From assembly GCA_001662655.1 (NCBI GenBank), contig KV460217.1: a stretch of 64,000 bases of DNA; one strand, written 5' to 3'. Origin of the DNA: Pseudogymnoascus verrucosus. Taxonomy: Eukaryota. The notes below the pieces were generated by a model that saw only the letters and a program-made list of their open reading frames with translations, was not told where the DNA came from and searched no databases. Of this stretch, positions 24,321 to 36,742 are shown piece by piece. A program made the position numbers and the translations under genes. Every line of letters starts with the position of its first letter. The first letter of the stretch is position 1.

Positions 24321-27300
24321 TAGTACTCTTCTATACTATGGTACTGTATGGGGGGAGGTATGGGGGGGTATGGGGGGGTTAAGGGGGGAGGTAACAAGCG
24401 CCGATTAAAAGCCCCAGTTTCGGCGCCACTTCGCTGCCTATCTCCATGAGATGTTAACAAAAGTAGCCGGGGAGAGCAAGGGTGGTGGGGAAGGGTTAGG
24501 GGGGGGGTAAAAGGGGGGTAAGGGAAGGGGGGAGGAGAGCAAGGAGGGGCAAGGATAGGATAGGTGTTAGTTGTGGTGTGGAGGAGGTATGTGGATGGGA
24601 TAATGGGTTAGGGGGGTATGTGGAGGGTTAGTGGGTGCGATAGTTGTTACTGTTTGTTACTGTTGTTAGTACTAGAAGATATCACTAGAGTGGTATTAGT
24701 ACAGTACTACAATAATGGATATGGCGCGTGCTTTTCTGGTTACAAAAAGTGCGACAAACCACGGATGGATGTACTACAAAGTACTACAGACAGGGATCGT
24801 AGTGGAGCTGGGGTTTCCAGAGTACAACACGGTACATACAGGGCCAGTCAGCGAACAGTAAATGGTCAGTAAAATTGTAAAGTGGACGTGGACGGCATGG
24901 AAAAAAGGAAATGCGATCGAATATCCCAAGTCGGAAGGTTGCCTGTGAGAGCGAAGCCGAGCCGGTAGAGCGGCATCGCCAGGTCGAGAATCCGGGTGCC
25001 TCCATCGTCGTCGTGGTCGATGGCTCGGGATAACCTCAAACATGCCAGCTGCCCATCAGAGAAAATAGAGTAAGTAAGGGCACCCGCTGTATGTACTGTG
25101 AGCCCTAATATATATTAGATTTCTTGCCGTAAGTACCGTATATGCCATACATACCGTACATACTGCTGCAATATACTAAACCCGCGTTTGTTTGCATGCT
25201 TTCCTAACATGAAACATCGCCAGAAGCACTGCCGAGCCACCTGACATGTCCCATCGATCACCATATGCACGCCGGGGTTGCGGCGAGATTGGTTTGATGG
25301 GATCTCGTCTATCATGTCAAGTCAAGCACCAAGACGAAGAAGAAGAAGTGGTAGGTACCGCAGCTGCAGCAAGTACTCCATCCATCCATCCAGCACAGGA
25401 TAGTAATCCATAATCCATGAGCAGCGTATGGCCAGCATATGGGCAACGTATGGAGCGTATGCCGCCACAGCAAACTAACTAAGTGGACATCGAACAACGG
25501 GTGGATATGCAGATGCATCCTGTACGTTGCCCGTCCGCCCGCCCCCTTCCACCTTCCGCGCCAACACACGCTGGCGCGTTCTGGACCGGAAAGTCTCGGC
25601 CGCTTTGGGATCGCGCCTGCCGCACCTGAGATGAGCGGGTTGGAGCGGGTTGGTCGATCTCTGACATCGCCATCTCTCAGCATCTCATTATCTCCCACCG
25701 GTTCGCGGGTCGGATGGCAGGCACGCACGCCACAGTCGCGTCAGCACAGCCTATCCACGTGTGTGCAACGGTGCAGAACACCACGGGTTGGAGTGCGTGG
25801 TGCGAGTGTGTGGAGTTCCGGTTGCCGGCCTGGCTGGCTGGCTGCTGCGGGCGGTGGTGGAGTTGGTATTTGAGATGGGCAGCAATGGATGGGGGTGTGG
25901 GAGGGGAGGTGCTTTGGGAACTGGGGGGAGCTACTGTAGGAGCGGCAGTTGAGATTAGCCAGCCATATTCGCCGGTGAGGTGGAATGTGGAGTTGAGCCG
26001 CGAACGAGAATCAGGCCATGACCGCAGGCTCAATCGTGGCAGTACATGGGATTGTCGCTGTTGGATGTATTCATAGAACATCGTACAGCATCATACAGCG
26101 ATACAGCGCTGGGGGTAGCTCCTCGGTGATAGTGCTTACGGTGTCTGTCACGGACGGGACGTCTCAACTTCTGACACGAATGCCAGGGGGATAGCAGCCG
26201 TCACAACGCCATCGGGTCGCTGGCCGGTCCATCTCAAGTCGAATCTGCAGCTGATGATCGGACAAAGCTTAGGGACAGGATGGGATAGTAAGACAGGCTC
26301 TTGGCACGTCGTCCAGGCGCTGGCTTCCTAGCTAAATAAATGGTCTTTGTCTGACTGTCTGTGTGATATGGAGACCAATGTCTTACACCACACGCGCCGC
26401 CCACACGAAGTAACATCAAATACCTCACTCGGTTAACGGAATGAAGCACGTCGCACTCGCAGCATCCCGGCTCGGACCGAGTGAGCTGTCTCGTCTCGGC
26501 TTCATATGCGAAATGAGGGTGAGACTGGTGCGCCCTCAGTTGTGATGGAAGGGCCACGATCGGACGAGAGACGGGTCCACAATGACAATAAAAAAATCTC
26601 TCGGCCGAGGGTCGATCAATGTTTGTGCTTCCCTTTCCCTGGTGCCTGATTTACACTGTACCTGCCCCGTATGCGATTTCCATGAGGATTGAACATCTCC
26701 GTCGCATCTCCGGGCTCGAAACACTGTCTTGCAGAAATGCCCAGCGCGGGGAAACCCTCAAGGATGGATCGGTGCGGCGGGAATAGCCCTGTCTAGCTCG
26801 CTGTTGTTGGATTTTGGTTGGCGAACAGAGGGGTAAAGTGCGGGTTGGCTTGGGAGGGCTTGGGCTTTGTCTGGGCAAGATCGTCCGCTTTTGGTTGAAA
26901 ATGCGGCCTTCCCGGACTGCAGTGTCAAAAGGAATAGCCTAGACCGGTTGTACCAGCCCACTTGTTCAATTTCCACGTTCGCCCGATTTGGTTGTTTGTT
27001 CGATGGGGGTGGAGGAGGTTCCGCATCGTGTCCTCAACGTCGGCTGCGGCGCATTCTCACTGGATGTGTTCCCTAATTGTGGAAACAATCTGGACGATTA
27101 ATTCGCCGTGGATGTAACCGCTGGACCATTAAATTGCACATCACAGCCGGCCGCGATCCCTGTCCTATATTCGTTTCGATGAGCGAATGTAGACGTAAGT
27201 GAGTGTGTGTGGGAGACTCCCATGGGTAAAAACGGTGCGGGCGTGGAACTGACTGTACATAGTATAGCTACCCTAGGATGGCAGCTATGGCGTTCATGCA

Positions 27301-29626
27301 ATGCACCAAATGCTTGCAAGCTAGTTATGTTTCACACATACATTATCACATACAATACCAGCTATGTAGGTACATACCTGGGGCCAACCGGCTATCTGGC
27401 AGTCAGAGCTCAGAGCTCAGAGCTCTCCTTGCATTTGTTGAGCTTTGGCCGTCCATGCATTTCTTGGCATATGACAAGGAGCAACATTGCAACAGCTCTA
27501 GAAAGGGCCATCGGGAAGATCAGTTCTCGTGCGCCCCAATTGCGGGCCTCGTGTTGTGGAGTGATTTGTCGCTTGTGGAGCAAAGCACAACATGCGAGTC
27601 AGTCCAGTCAGCCTGATAGACACTGCTGTGGTGCCACTCGGAAGATGAAGCGGTGCTATTATTGCGGCCAGAGCAAGCATCAGGGTGTTACTCTAGCACA
27701 GGCCATGCCGTCTGTGGTACGGAAGGATCCCGACCCCGCAAATTTAGGCCCTAAGAATAGCGCCGTAGCCCGGAAATCAAGATGCTCTCCTTTGTCAGAG
27801 ATAGAGACAATGCAGATGCCGTCGACATCTTGAGACCGGTTACACTGCCTCAGCATGCCAGCACACTTCCATGTGATTACCTGTCCTATAGTATCCACAT
27901 GGCTGATATTGCGGGAGAGTTGTTGTTGTTACAGAAACATGTCGGCTTTGTATCATCTCAAGTAAATGCAGATGCAAATGATTTGCCGTGCACATCGCAT
28001 TGTGCCTATATAAAGCTATATGAACTGGGAATACCCTTAATAGAGTATTACCCCGAGGCACCTCTCGGCTGGTCGGATGCGGAGGAAGGGGGCTTTCGGC
28101 GAGATAAATCAAAATCCGGGGTAGCTTGCCATAGTAATGAGCCTGTTCAATCAGTTAATTAGGCCTCAATTTATATTCGGCAGTTGCCCGCCCGCTCGTT
28201 CATCATGCGTCGCCGAGAGGACACCCGTACCAAACAACCGTGTACCTTGAGATGAGACGGTGACCGCTGACGGCTCCTCGGCCCTGACTTCATCCAACTG
28301 CCCCTAAACCAAGCTTCCCCAGAGCATGTACAGATTAGTATCTTGGATCTGGGATTATGATCGTCGGTGGTAGTGCAGTTGTTTCCGTCATGCAAGATCG
28401 ACATGCTGGCTGACTGGTGTGGCAGCTTAGCGATGTCGGGCACAACAAAATAGGCATCTGAAGGCTCGGTCATGGATGAAGTCTCCCCATGTGGAAAGGA
28501 GGACGCCGGCACAACCGTCGCTGGACCCCACCCTCCAACGGCCCCCACAAGAGGATGGCTACCGATAGGGTTTTGTGGCCGGAGTCCGGCTAATTCGAGG
28601 GGGAGAGGAGGACTGTGCCATCGCTGTCAGAGCAGGCGGCGGAGTTCTGGCAAACAGATCCCGGAAATCAATCCATGCTGGCTTGGTGGTCTTTCCTTCT
28701 TCCTAACGGCGAAGACCGAGGCTCCCGTTGTGGACATCACAGTAGACTTCACCAGACCCAACACAGCCCGCTCGGTGGGTTAGGTGTTCATGTACGGTGT
28801 TAAGTATGGCCGTGCTAGCTCCATGTCCCACAGCTCATGTCGTTGGTTCCTGTCGTTTCCGTGAAACAATAACCTCAACACGTTAGTTGGGGTCTAAGAA
28901 GCGGAGTGTCAAGCCGTTGTGCTTCATCCTCCTCATGCGCTTGAAACCCACGGTTACGCAATGTATATCGAGACACGGCTCCACATGGATAAACATTGGC
29001 AAACCCCGCGGCCGGCGTGTCTCCGGACAGGAATCTCAAGATTAAGCCCCTCATGCCCCTCACAGTCCTTTATGATAGTAAAGAGATCATCGGGTGAGGG
29101 GTTCGGCAGAACTCAGCACGAATCGACGAGGGGAGTTTTATTCTTCCGGGGGGAAAGGGACACGACACACAGCACAGCCCATGATCAGAGGCTAGAATTT
29201 CCGTATGGGGCACTCGGAAGCGGGTTTAATGCGGAATTAATGTGCTGTTAATTGCCTTCTTTATTGTATTACCGCGGCTATCCAGTCTTCGTGAAGCTGA
29301 TCCATATCCGTAGTGGTGGTGGTGGTGGCGACTCCGCGTTTCAGAAGACGGCACCTATCCGATTCGCAAAGCCCGAGCTCCATCCATCCTATCGATCGGA
29401 CGGTCTTTCCGTTGGTCGGCGTCACCCGCAACGTTGGTTCCACGTGACGAAATCCTGTTCTGTGTAAAGCATGTGACTTGGCAATGGCTATTTTATTATA
29501 GCTAGGTCAGGAGAAGTCTTCTAAACTTGTATAAAGCTCTCATAATGGTATATGGCCAGAATGATGCTCGAACTCAAAAAATTGAAACTAGACTCTTCAC
29601 ATATGGGTACGATGATGCCTCCACCT

Positions 29627-29677
29627 AGATAAGAATTGAATACTTTCGGAAGCCGCCGTCGGTGTTACTAAGATAAG
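29627..29677 (+). promoter_or_regulatory. Putative UaY/Ppr1-type CGG-N6-CCG site flanked by two GATA (AreA/NIT2-type) boxes upstream of adenine deaminase
   Basis: AGATAAG at 29627, TCGG-AAGCCG-CCG at 29646-29658, AGATAAG at 29671. Confidence 0.45.
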
Positions 29678-30093
29678 CAATACAAAGAGCATTACTCTTC
29701 CAAATTCCTCATACGTTTGCCATTCCAATTCTTGACGGACAGAACTTGTGTTCCACGCCGTGTACCTTCTAAAATTCTCTCCTTACCTCTCTCCCTCGAA
29801 CACAATTCCCATTTTTCCCTTCGAATTTCGTTGTGTACCTCAATTCCTACTGTCTAGAGTGGACGCGTCAAGTTACCCCTCAATTCCTGCACCACCTCCC
29901 AACATCAAAGCCTCCAACCAAAACCCCCTTTTATTTCTGCAACAGGCACCATACCCTGTCTAAGCAGTCTTTGTGTTAAGACCGAACTTTTGTGCGACAA
30001 ACACTGCATTGTGTCATCCTCATCACCTTCCCCCACCAAGTCTCAAATCTTAACCCCCAACACATATCGGCAAATCACCCCACCAAAGTCATC

Positions 30094-31146
30094 ATGTGCA
30101 ATTCCAAGCTTCACACGTTTCTGGCGGGCCTCCCAAAGGTTGAGCTTCATCTCCACATTGAAGGCACCCTTTCCCCAGAGCTCCTTTTCAAGCTTGCCGC
30201 CACGAACAAGATTGAGCTCCCCAAGTCCGACCCCGCCTTCGCCTCTCCTGAGGCCCTCCAAGCCAGATATGACCGCTTCACGTCTCTCTCTGACTTCCTC
30301 CACTACTACTACATCGGCATGTCCGTCCTCCTCACCGAGGCCGATTTCACCTTCCTCGCCTACGAGTACTTCTCCCGCGCTCACGCTGATAAATGCGTCC
30401 ACGCCGAGATTTTCTTTGACCCCCAAGCCCACACCTCGCGTGGCGTCGCCTACGATACCGTAGTCAAGGGCATTGCTGAAGCTCAGCGCAAGGCCAAAGA
30501 AGACTTCGGCATCACCTCCAAGCTCATCATGTGTTTTCTCCGCGACATGGCTGTTACCAGCGCCAACGACCACTTCACCCTGGCGGCCAACCACAGCTAC
30601 TTTGCTGACGGCACCATCGCCGGCATTGGACTCGACAGCGCCGAGGTTGGGTTCCCGCCCGAGTTGTTCCGCGATGTCTATGCGCAGGCGAAGGAAGCTG
30701 GTGTCCACCGCACTGCCCACGCTGGAGAGGAGGGCGGCCCAGATTACCTCTCCGGTGCTCTTGACAACCTTAACGTCGAGCGCATCGACCACGGCGTCCG
30801 TCTTGCGGAGGATGCCGAGCTGATGAAGCGCGTTGCGACTGAGAAGAAACTCTTGACGTTGTGCCCGATTAGCAATGTGAAGCTGCAGGTAGTCAAGGCC
30901 GTATCTGAGCTTCCAATCAGGAAGTTTCTCGATGCCGGCGTTCAGATCTGCTTCAACTCGGATGACCCAGCTTACTTTGGGGGATACCTTCTTGATAACT
31001 TCTGCGCCGTTGAGGAGGCTTTCGGACTGTCCATCGAGGAGTGGAAGGGAACTGCCGAAGCAGCCGTTCGGGGATCATGGGCTGATGAGGAGAGGAAGGA
31101 GGAGATTCTCTCCCAGATCGAGGTGTATGTTACCAACTACAATTGA
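30094..31146 (+). CDS. AAH1: Adenine deaminase (adenosine/AMP deaminase family)
   Basis: LPKVELHLHIEGTL, EIFFDPQAH, TAHAGEE, RIDHG, LTLCPISN, NSDDPAYFGG motifs; first ATG at 30094. Confidence 0.9.
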   Translation: MCNSKLHTFLAGLPKVELHLHIEGTLSPELLFKLAATNKIELPKSDPAFASPEALQARYDRFTSLSDFLHYYYIGMSVLLTEADFTFLAYEYFSRAHADKCVHAEIFFDPQAHTSRGVAYDTVVKGIAEAQRKAKEDFGITSKLIMCFLRDMAVTSANDHFTLAANHSYFADGTIAGIGLDSAEVGFPPELFRDVYAQAKEAGVHRTAHAGEEGGPDYLSGALDNLNVERIDHGVRLAEDAELMKRVATEKKLLTLCPISNVKLQVVKAVSELPIRKFLDAGVQICFNSDDPAYFGGYLLDNFCAVEEAFGLSIEEWKGTAEAAVRGSWADEERKEEILSQIEVYVTNYN

Positions 31147-31600
31147 GGAAGACGGCGTGGGATGGAAGAATACGTTGCTATGGCTCGACTGTCGAACAGT
31201 CCAGTGTTCAATAGCTATAAAGATGGTTCACACGAATGAATCCACCGACATGCTGAAGAGGAGGAAGTACTGGCTACAGGGATGAAGGATTTTCAAGAAA
31301 GAAAGGGGGGACATGATTGTTGCTTAACTTTACATCAATCGAAAACTGCTCCTCCTCTATTGCGATCACACTCTTCTTGCAACCTTGTGATCGAATGAAT
31401 GCCATAAATAACATATGTCATCCCATCCATATCCTCGGGCGCCTTCAGTGTTTCCATAGAGATGCATGCATCTCCACAGACATGAACGACGTTCATGCCA
31501 CGTGATCACGTTCACCACCCTTGCCCGAGCTCCTTGATCTTGATCAACAACTACTACTTGCATCGGATTCTCCCGTTAACTTACAGACAGTAACTTTGCA

Positions 31601-33160
31601 ATGAACACCATAAGGCCATCCATTCCTCGTTTCTCCGCCTTGCTTCGCAAGAAACCGTTTTCCGTGCCTTCTCCCGGGCCACCATTACCACCCGGCATAC
31701 TCGTTGATGAGGAGATCTCGCCAGTATACGATTCTAAGTATTTCTACCCAGCGAAGCCTGGAGAGGTGCTCGCCGATCGTTATCAAGCCCTAGTCAAGGT
31801 TGGCTGGGGCGTGTCTTCGACAGTATGGCTTGCGCGTGATTTGCAAGGGTAGTCTCTTGTAAATTCTATTCACTAAGCTCTCCCTGTCTCTAACAAATAT
31901 ATAGACATATTGACGTGCCAGAGGGCATCGTGGCATTAAAAATCGCTAATAACAATGCGAGTTCTGCTGGTCATGAGTGCGAGGTTGAAGAGCATATTTC
32001 TACGGCAGACCCGTCACATTGCGGTCGCTCACTTATCCGAACATTATTAGACTCTTTTGAAGTTAACAGCATAGAAGGTTCTTATTCGTGTCTTGTGTAT
32101 CCGCCTATGAGGGAGCCATTATCGATGTATCAGCGGCGCTTCGATGGCGGAAAGATGCCACTGCCGCTCATTAAAACATACATTCGTGCTCTTCTTACAG
32201 GGCTTGATTATCTGCATAGAGAATGCAGGACAGTTCATACGGGTAGGTTCGTTCTCGTTTTTACTTTCGGTCGGCCATACTAAACCTAACTGTCTACCTA
32301 GATCTAAAGCTTGAGAACATCATGGTCTCATTCGAGGATCCAACCGTCCTTGCTCATTTCATAGATTCTCAGCTTAAAAACCCGATGGCTTTCAAGATTG
32401 ATTCGGCCGGACGACCAGTTTATCAGTCCCGCAGTGACTTCGGGCCACTTAAAAGCTTAAGAAGTATACCACAGCTGGTCGACTTCGGCCTAGCAACTAC
32501 ACTCGAGGAAGACGACGACTGGGGCATTTGGCCTATTCAGCCAGACCACTATCGGGCCCCAGAGGTGATACTAGGTAATGGATGGCAAATGCCTGCAGAT
32601 ATTTGGAATCTTGGTGTTCTAGTACGTTACGTTGTTTTCTAGAGTTGTTGCATCCACTAATTATACGCCAGTTGTGGGATATGATCGAAGGCAAGGAGCT
32701 ATTCCAGCATATTCATGATCAAGAAGGTCGCTACGATGCTAAATTACACATCGCCGAAATGATAGCCTTACTCGGTCCACCCCCACCAGAGATCATACAA
32801 AGGTATCAATATATGCGAGAGTACTCGTGGCCGAACCCTATCAGACGAGATGACGGCAGAGTATGTGAGACCGCGGAAGAGTACTTCTATGGGCCATTTT
32901 TTGACGAAAAAGGTATTACTGAGTTTCCTATCGCGAACGAATTATTCTCTGACTCACGAAACATCTTAGGTCGCTTCCTCCACGAAGACCTGATCCCCAA
33001 GCGCAAACTAGATGACACAGCTTCATTTCTTGGGAGAGAGGAAAAGGAAGCGTTTTTGGATCTGGCCAAGGGAATGCTTGCCTGGCACCCAGATGCGAGA
33101 AAAACGGCGGGCGAATTGGCAGGGCATTCTTTTCTCCAACCGAAGCCTAATTTATGTTAG
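31601..33160 (+). CDS. SRPK-like (CMGC) serine/threonine protein kinase
   Basis: Introns 31849-31904, 32243-32301, 32622-32671, 32913-32969 give a continuous frame with KVGWGVSSTVWLA, VALK, HTDLKLEN, DFG, YRAPE, DIWNLG. Confidence 0.85.
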
Positions 33161-33744
33161 AGTTTGCTAGCGGAATGACTCGAATATGTGCTTGATCCCA
33201 GTTTGGTGATATATGTGAAAACATGTGAATGGAGAAATGAGACGGCTATTTTTAGAAGGAGGATGGTTTGTTATTCTAACTTCTTACTCTCTATGATATC
33301 TAGCCAGATGGTAATGCAATGAAGTTCTATAACCTCTTGTCTAGCCTCTCATATAGTGCGCCAATAAAATTGGCTGTATTTAAAACCTCCATATAGAAAT
33401 CCTCCACATTATAATACGCGGCTTGTAAGATTCAATAATAGGGCCCCAAAACGAACGGGAAAGCAGATATGATATCTTGAACATAATGAATTTACTATTC
33501 TTCTCGATCTAAAACTCCAAGCCACCTTTCTGTCGTAGAAGGACCCTCATATGAGAAATGCTAGGCAGTTAGCAACTATCAATCTGCCATTTCTGAACTC
33601 CAACCGTTGTAATACAGTCACATAGCAAGAGTCAGCTCCTACAACTACAACACATGACCATAAAAGGCCTGTCGTCCAAATAACCATCCCATGCCAGCTA
33701 CTTAGCACGCCGCCACTCATGCAAGGTACCGTATTGCACCATAT

Positions 33745-34266
33745 CTATATCTTCGGTCTCTGTGCTTCAAGCTGCTGGGTGCCTTCCACCTCACTCAGCC
33801 AACAAACACGATCCTTTGTAAAAATCTCACGACTCGGCTTCAACTTCGTCTCATGTAAATGAAAATCATCCACCGTGCCAATACGCAGGATGCTCCTCCC
33901 CGGAAACGCCTCGCCGACACGATACATAAGCGTCCCGCATGTGGAGCAGAAGTAGTTAGTCATCATCTTCCCCGACGCGATGGTTTTCGACTGTCCGTAC
34001 GACTTCAAGTTCTCGCGACCGCGCAGGTGCGTCAGGTGCGAGTCGAGGACGGTAAAGTTGGAGGCGAACATCGACGCCGTGATCTTGCGACAGTCGCTGC
34101 AGTGGCATATGAAGGTGCTGGTGAGGCCCGGGGCTTCGGTCGGGAAGGCGAGCTGCACGGCGCCGCAGAAGCAGGTCGCTGTCGCGGAGTCATCCTTAGT
34201 CCAACCGTCGTTGGCACCGCCGGCGAGGGGGAAGTACGACTTGGTTTTGTCCGGAACGGCAGCCAT
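33745..34266 (-). CDS. GFA / Mss4-like (CENP-V family) zinc-binding protein
   Basis: CFCG, CHCSDCRK and FCSTCG zinc motifs in a 173-aa ORF. Confidence 0.88.
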   Translation of the reverse strand: MAAVPDKTKSYFPLAGGANDGWTKDDSATATCFCGAVQLAFPTEAPGLTSTFICHCSDCRKITASMFASNFTVLDSHLTHLRGRENLKSYGQSKTIASGKMMTNYFCSTCGTLMYRVGEAFPGRSILRIGTVDDFHLHETKLKPSREIFTKDRVCWLSEVEGTQQLEAQRPKI

Positions 34267-35236
34267 GGCGGTGTGTTTCTGGATCGTGGTATTGTGGGGC
34301 AGTGTGGGTTTGGTAATTGGCGCCGTCGATGTCGAAAGTCGAGGTGGATAGGTCTAGAAGTGTTCAATTGCGATTTGTTAACTTAAGAGTGGGCTCTTAT
34401 CCCGAGGCTGTGCCGCCGTCAATTGTCAGTCTGGTCCCTATTTTTTTGGGATAGTGCTCCTGTTATAACGACGACATTGAGAGCATAGTTTCGCTCGCCG
34501 GCGTTATCTTACCGGTATATCCGCGTGTATAAGGTAAGCATCTATGCTTACGCGTGCTTATGCTCGCACAACAGCACGCTTTTATTTGGCTTCATTATTT
34601 GAGTTTCCATCCTACTCAGAGTGCCGAGCTCAGCTCCAGGTCCCACCTACCACTACTCCAAACCCAAGTGGGTACACACCACTGCCGAGTTTCTTTCGGG
34701 GTTGATATCACGCACAAGTCGCTCAGTCAAATGAGGGACCTGTGCGCGATCTCGCCCCTCTACAGTGTAGAAAACAATAGTAAAGCTGATGAACAACGAA
34801 CCTGGCCTTGTTATCGACGATCCTTTAGATCCGACGTCTATCCTGGCCATATGATTCAACGATGACATACTGAAAGTCTACTAGCTGTCGAGACTGCCAT
34901 TCATTGTCCTGCCGCGCATAAACTTCGCTGGCACCCCACCACATCCAGCTACATTCAGTTACCCCACCTACCCCTCGCTCGAACCCCTCCAAACAAAACA
35001 TATCGACCAGAACCCCGCCCTATTGGCTCCCTCCCTATATATCTCGGATGTAAGCATCCTCAGGCGTCATCGGACTTGAAATTATAGGTGAATATGCCGA
35101 AGCGCGCATTAGCTTTACCATCAAGACCCTTATATGAGTCTCATTGGGCAGATTGCGGGAAGGGCCAGCCAATAGGTATCTAGATGTTGGGTCGTAATCG
35201 TTGGACGAGTTTGATCGATGCGATAAAGTGCCATCG

Positions 35237-35242
35237 TATAAA
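35237..35242 (+). promoter_or_regulatory. TATA box of the metallothionein gene
   Basis: TATAAA ~140 bp upstream of the ATG, followed by a pyrimidine tract and an A/C-rich leader. Confidence 0.55.
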
Positions 35243-35378
35243 TACAACACCCCCGCTCCAGTCTGACTTCCCCTCTTTCTTTTCCAAGGCTTCATTTACC
35301 ACGATATAATCGCTCAACTTCAACTACAAACAACTTAAGACTTTTTTTTCTCTCAACCAACCAACCTAAACCATAATC

Positions 35379-35564
35379 ATGGGTGGATGCGGATGTGCCT
35401 CGAGTGGCTCGTGTAAGTAACTTCCGTCCATTCTTCGTCAGTGCGACTTCAAGGCATTACCTGCGGTTTGATTTGGTTCCCCACTCTGTACAATAGTTGT
35501 TAACATATATTGCCTTACAGGCGGATGTTCAGGATGCACCTGTGAGGGATGCCCTAACAAATAA
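35379..35564 (+). CDS. cmt: Small fungal copper-type metallothionein, 25 aa (MGGCGCASSGSCGCSGCTCEGCPNK)
   Basis: Exon 35379-35412, intron 35413-35520 (GTAAGT..TTAAC..CAG), exon 35521-35564 ending TAA; 7 Cys in CxC motifs like the Neurospora Cu-MT. Confidence 0.9.
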
Positions 35565-36087
35565 ACAATACTGCTCTATAGCGACCACGGCAACTCTTTG
35601 ATTCGATTCCAACGTTTTCAAATCCAACCTCATACGCGCTTTGTTCGGCGATGACGATAGGATGACTACTTCGCAATTTTGGACGCTGGATATTTGTTTT
35701 GGCAATATTTGTTTCTGATTTATACGCCACGGAGGAATCATACTTCGTGTGTGGGAATAGTCTGCAACTGGGTTGATGTGAGAGTCGCTCATTTCTAGTG
35801 CTTATAGTACGTACATAAATGCAAGACATTTGAACCAGTAGACAAGACCGGTGCTATTACTTTGATTTCGCTGATACTCCACCGTGGAACGCTATATGTC
35901 TAAACAGAACAGCCTGCATTTGTATTCCGGCTATTTTCATTCGGGAACTATCCATAGTGGCTCATTCATGCCCTGTGGTCACCCAGGATCTACATATGTT
36001 CTTGAGGTATTCTACAGATCACAGAGCTCGAGACGCAATTCTCCGTTAAAACTCGTGGTAACTATAGTAAAGAGAATGGATAGAGTC

Positions 36088-36295
36088 GCGCTGCTCCTGC
36101 CAATTTTAGTATAGTACAATCGGAGAGTGAGGAAGTTGGGACCGTCGCTCCTTCCCCGTGAAGTTTCGGGGCAGTAGTAAGGTTAGAGCATCGTTCCTGC
36201 CCTCTAGGAGAGCATGACAGCGGAAGAGATAGGATGGGAAGGCAGGACCTTCGCTCCTTCCCTGTGCAGTTTTTCAACAGCAGCAGCGAGGTCAG
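36088..36295. repeat. Non-coding ~106-bp tandem repeat (about 2 units), same family as 47891-48290
   Basis: ACC(G/T)TCGCTCCTTCCC at 36141 and 36247; 36237-36261 matches 48094-48118 at 23/25. Confidence 0.7.
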
Positions 36296-36623
36296 GTCTA
36301 TTTTAAAGCATTCATCCAGGACGATCGAGACGAGCAGGAATTCTCCATCAGCTACCCCAACGACATCCCTAAGCCTGCCACCAACTTCCGTCCCGTCCCG
36401 CCCCCGACCCAACCAAACTACCAACGGACCCGCAACACCCTTTATTCAGAAAAAGATAAAGAAGCTACGTTTATTAGCAACTATGTCCCACCCAAAAAGA
36501 ATGTAGATCCCAATTTTAAGACGGCCAATCACGTCTAGGGACTATAGAGTTGCGAGTTAGGAATAGCGTTCGGTTACCAATGTTAGCGGCTCTTTGCGAA
36601 GTGAAGATTTGGTATATACGTAG

Positions 36624-36665
36624 GAGTTCCAGTATTCCGACACCGGTGTCCGAATACTGGAACTC
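36624..36665. repeat. 42-bp near-perfect palindrome (no spacer, one mismatch)
   Basis: GAGTTCCAGTATTC-C-GACACC/GGTGTC-C-GAATACTGGAACTC. Confidence 0.9.
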
Positions 36666-36742
36666 TATACCTAGGTAGTCGCTGTACCAAGCGTATATCC
36701 TTCCCGACCAACTCCCCAGACTCTCGTGGGGCCCTAAACATT

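Noticed and set aside
24480..24620. Interstitial telomere
   Set aside because: Only isolated GGGTTAGGG units within G-runs, no tandem (TTAGGG)n.
31849..31904. Second stwintron at the weak GTAGTC donor of the kinase
   Set aside because: 56 nt is too short for two introns, and single-step splicing keeps the frame.
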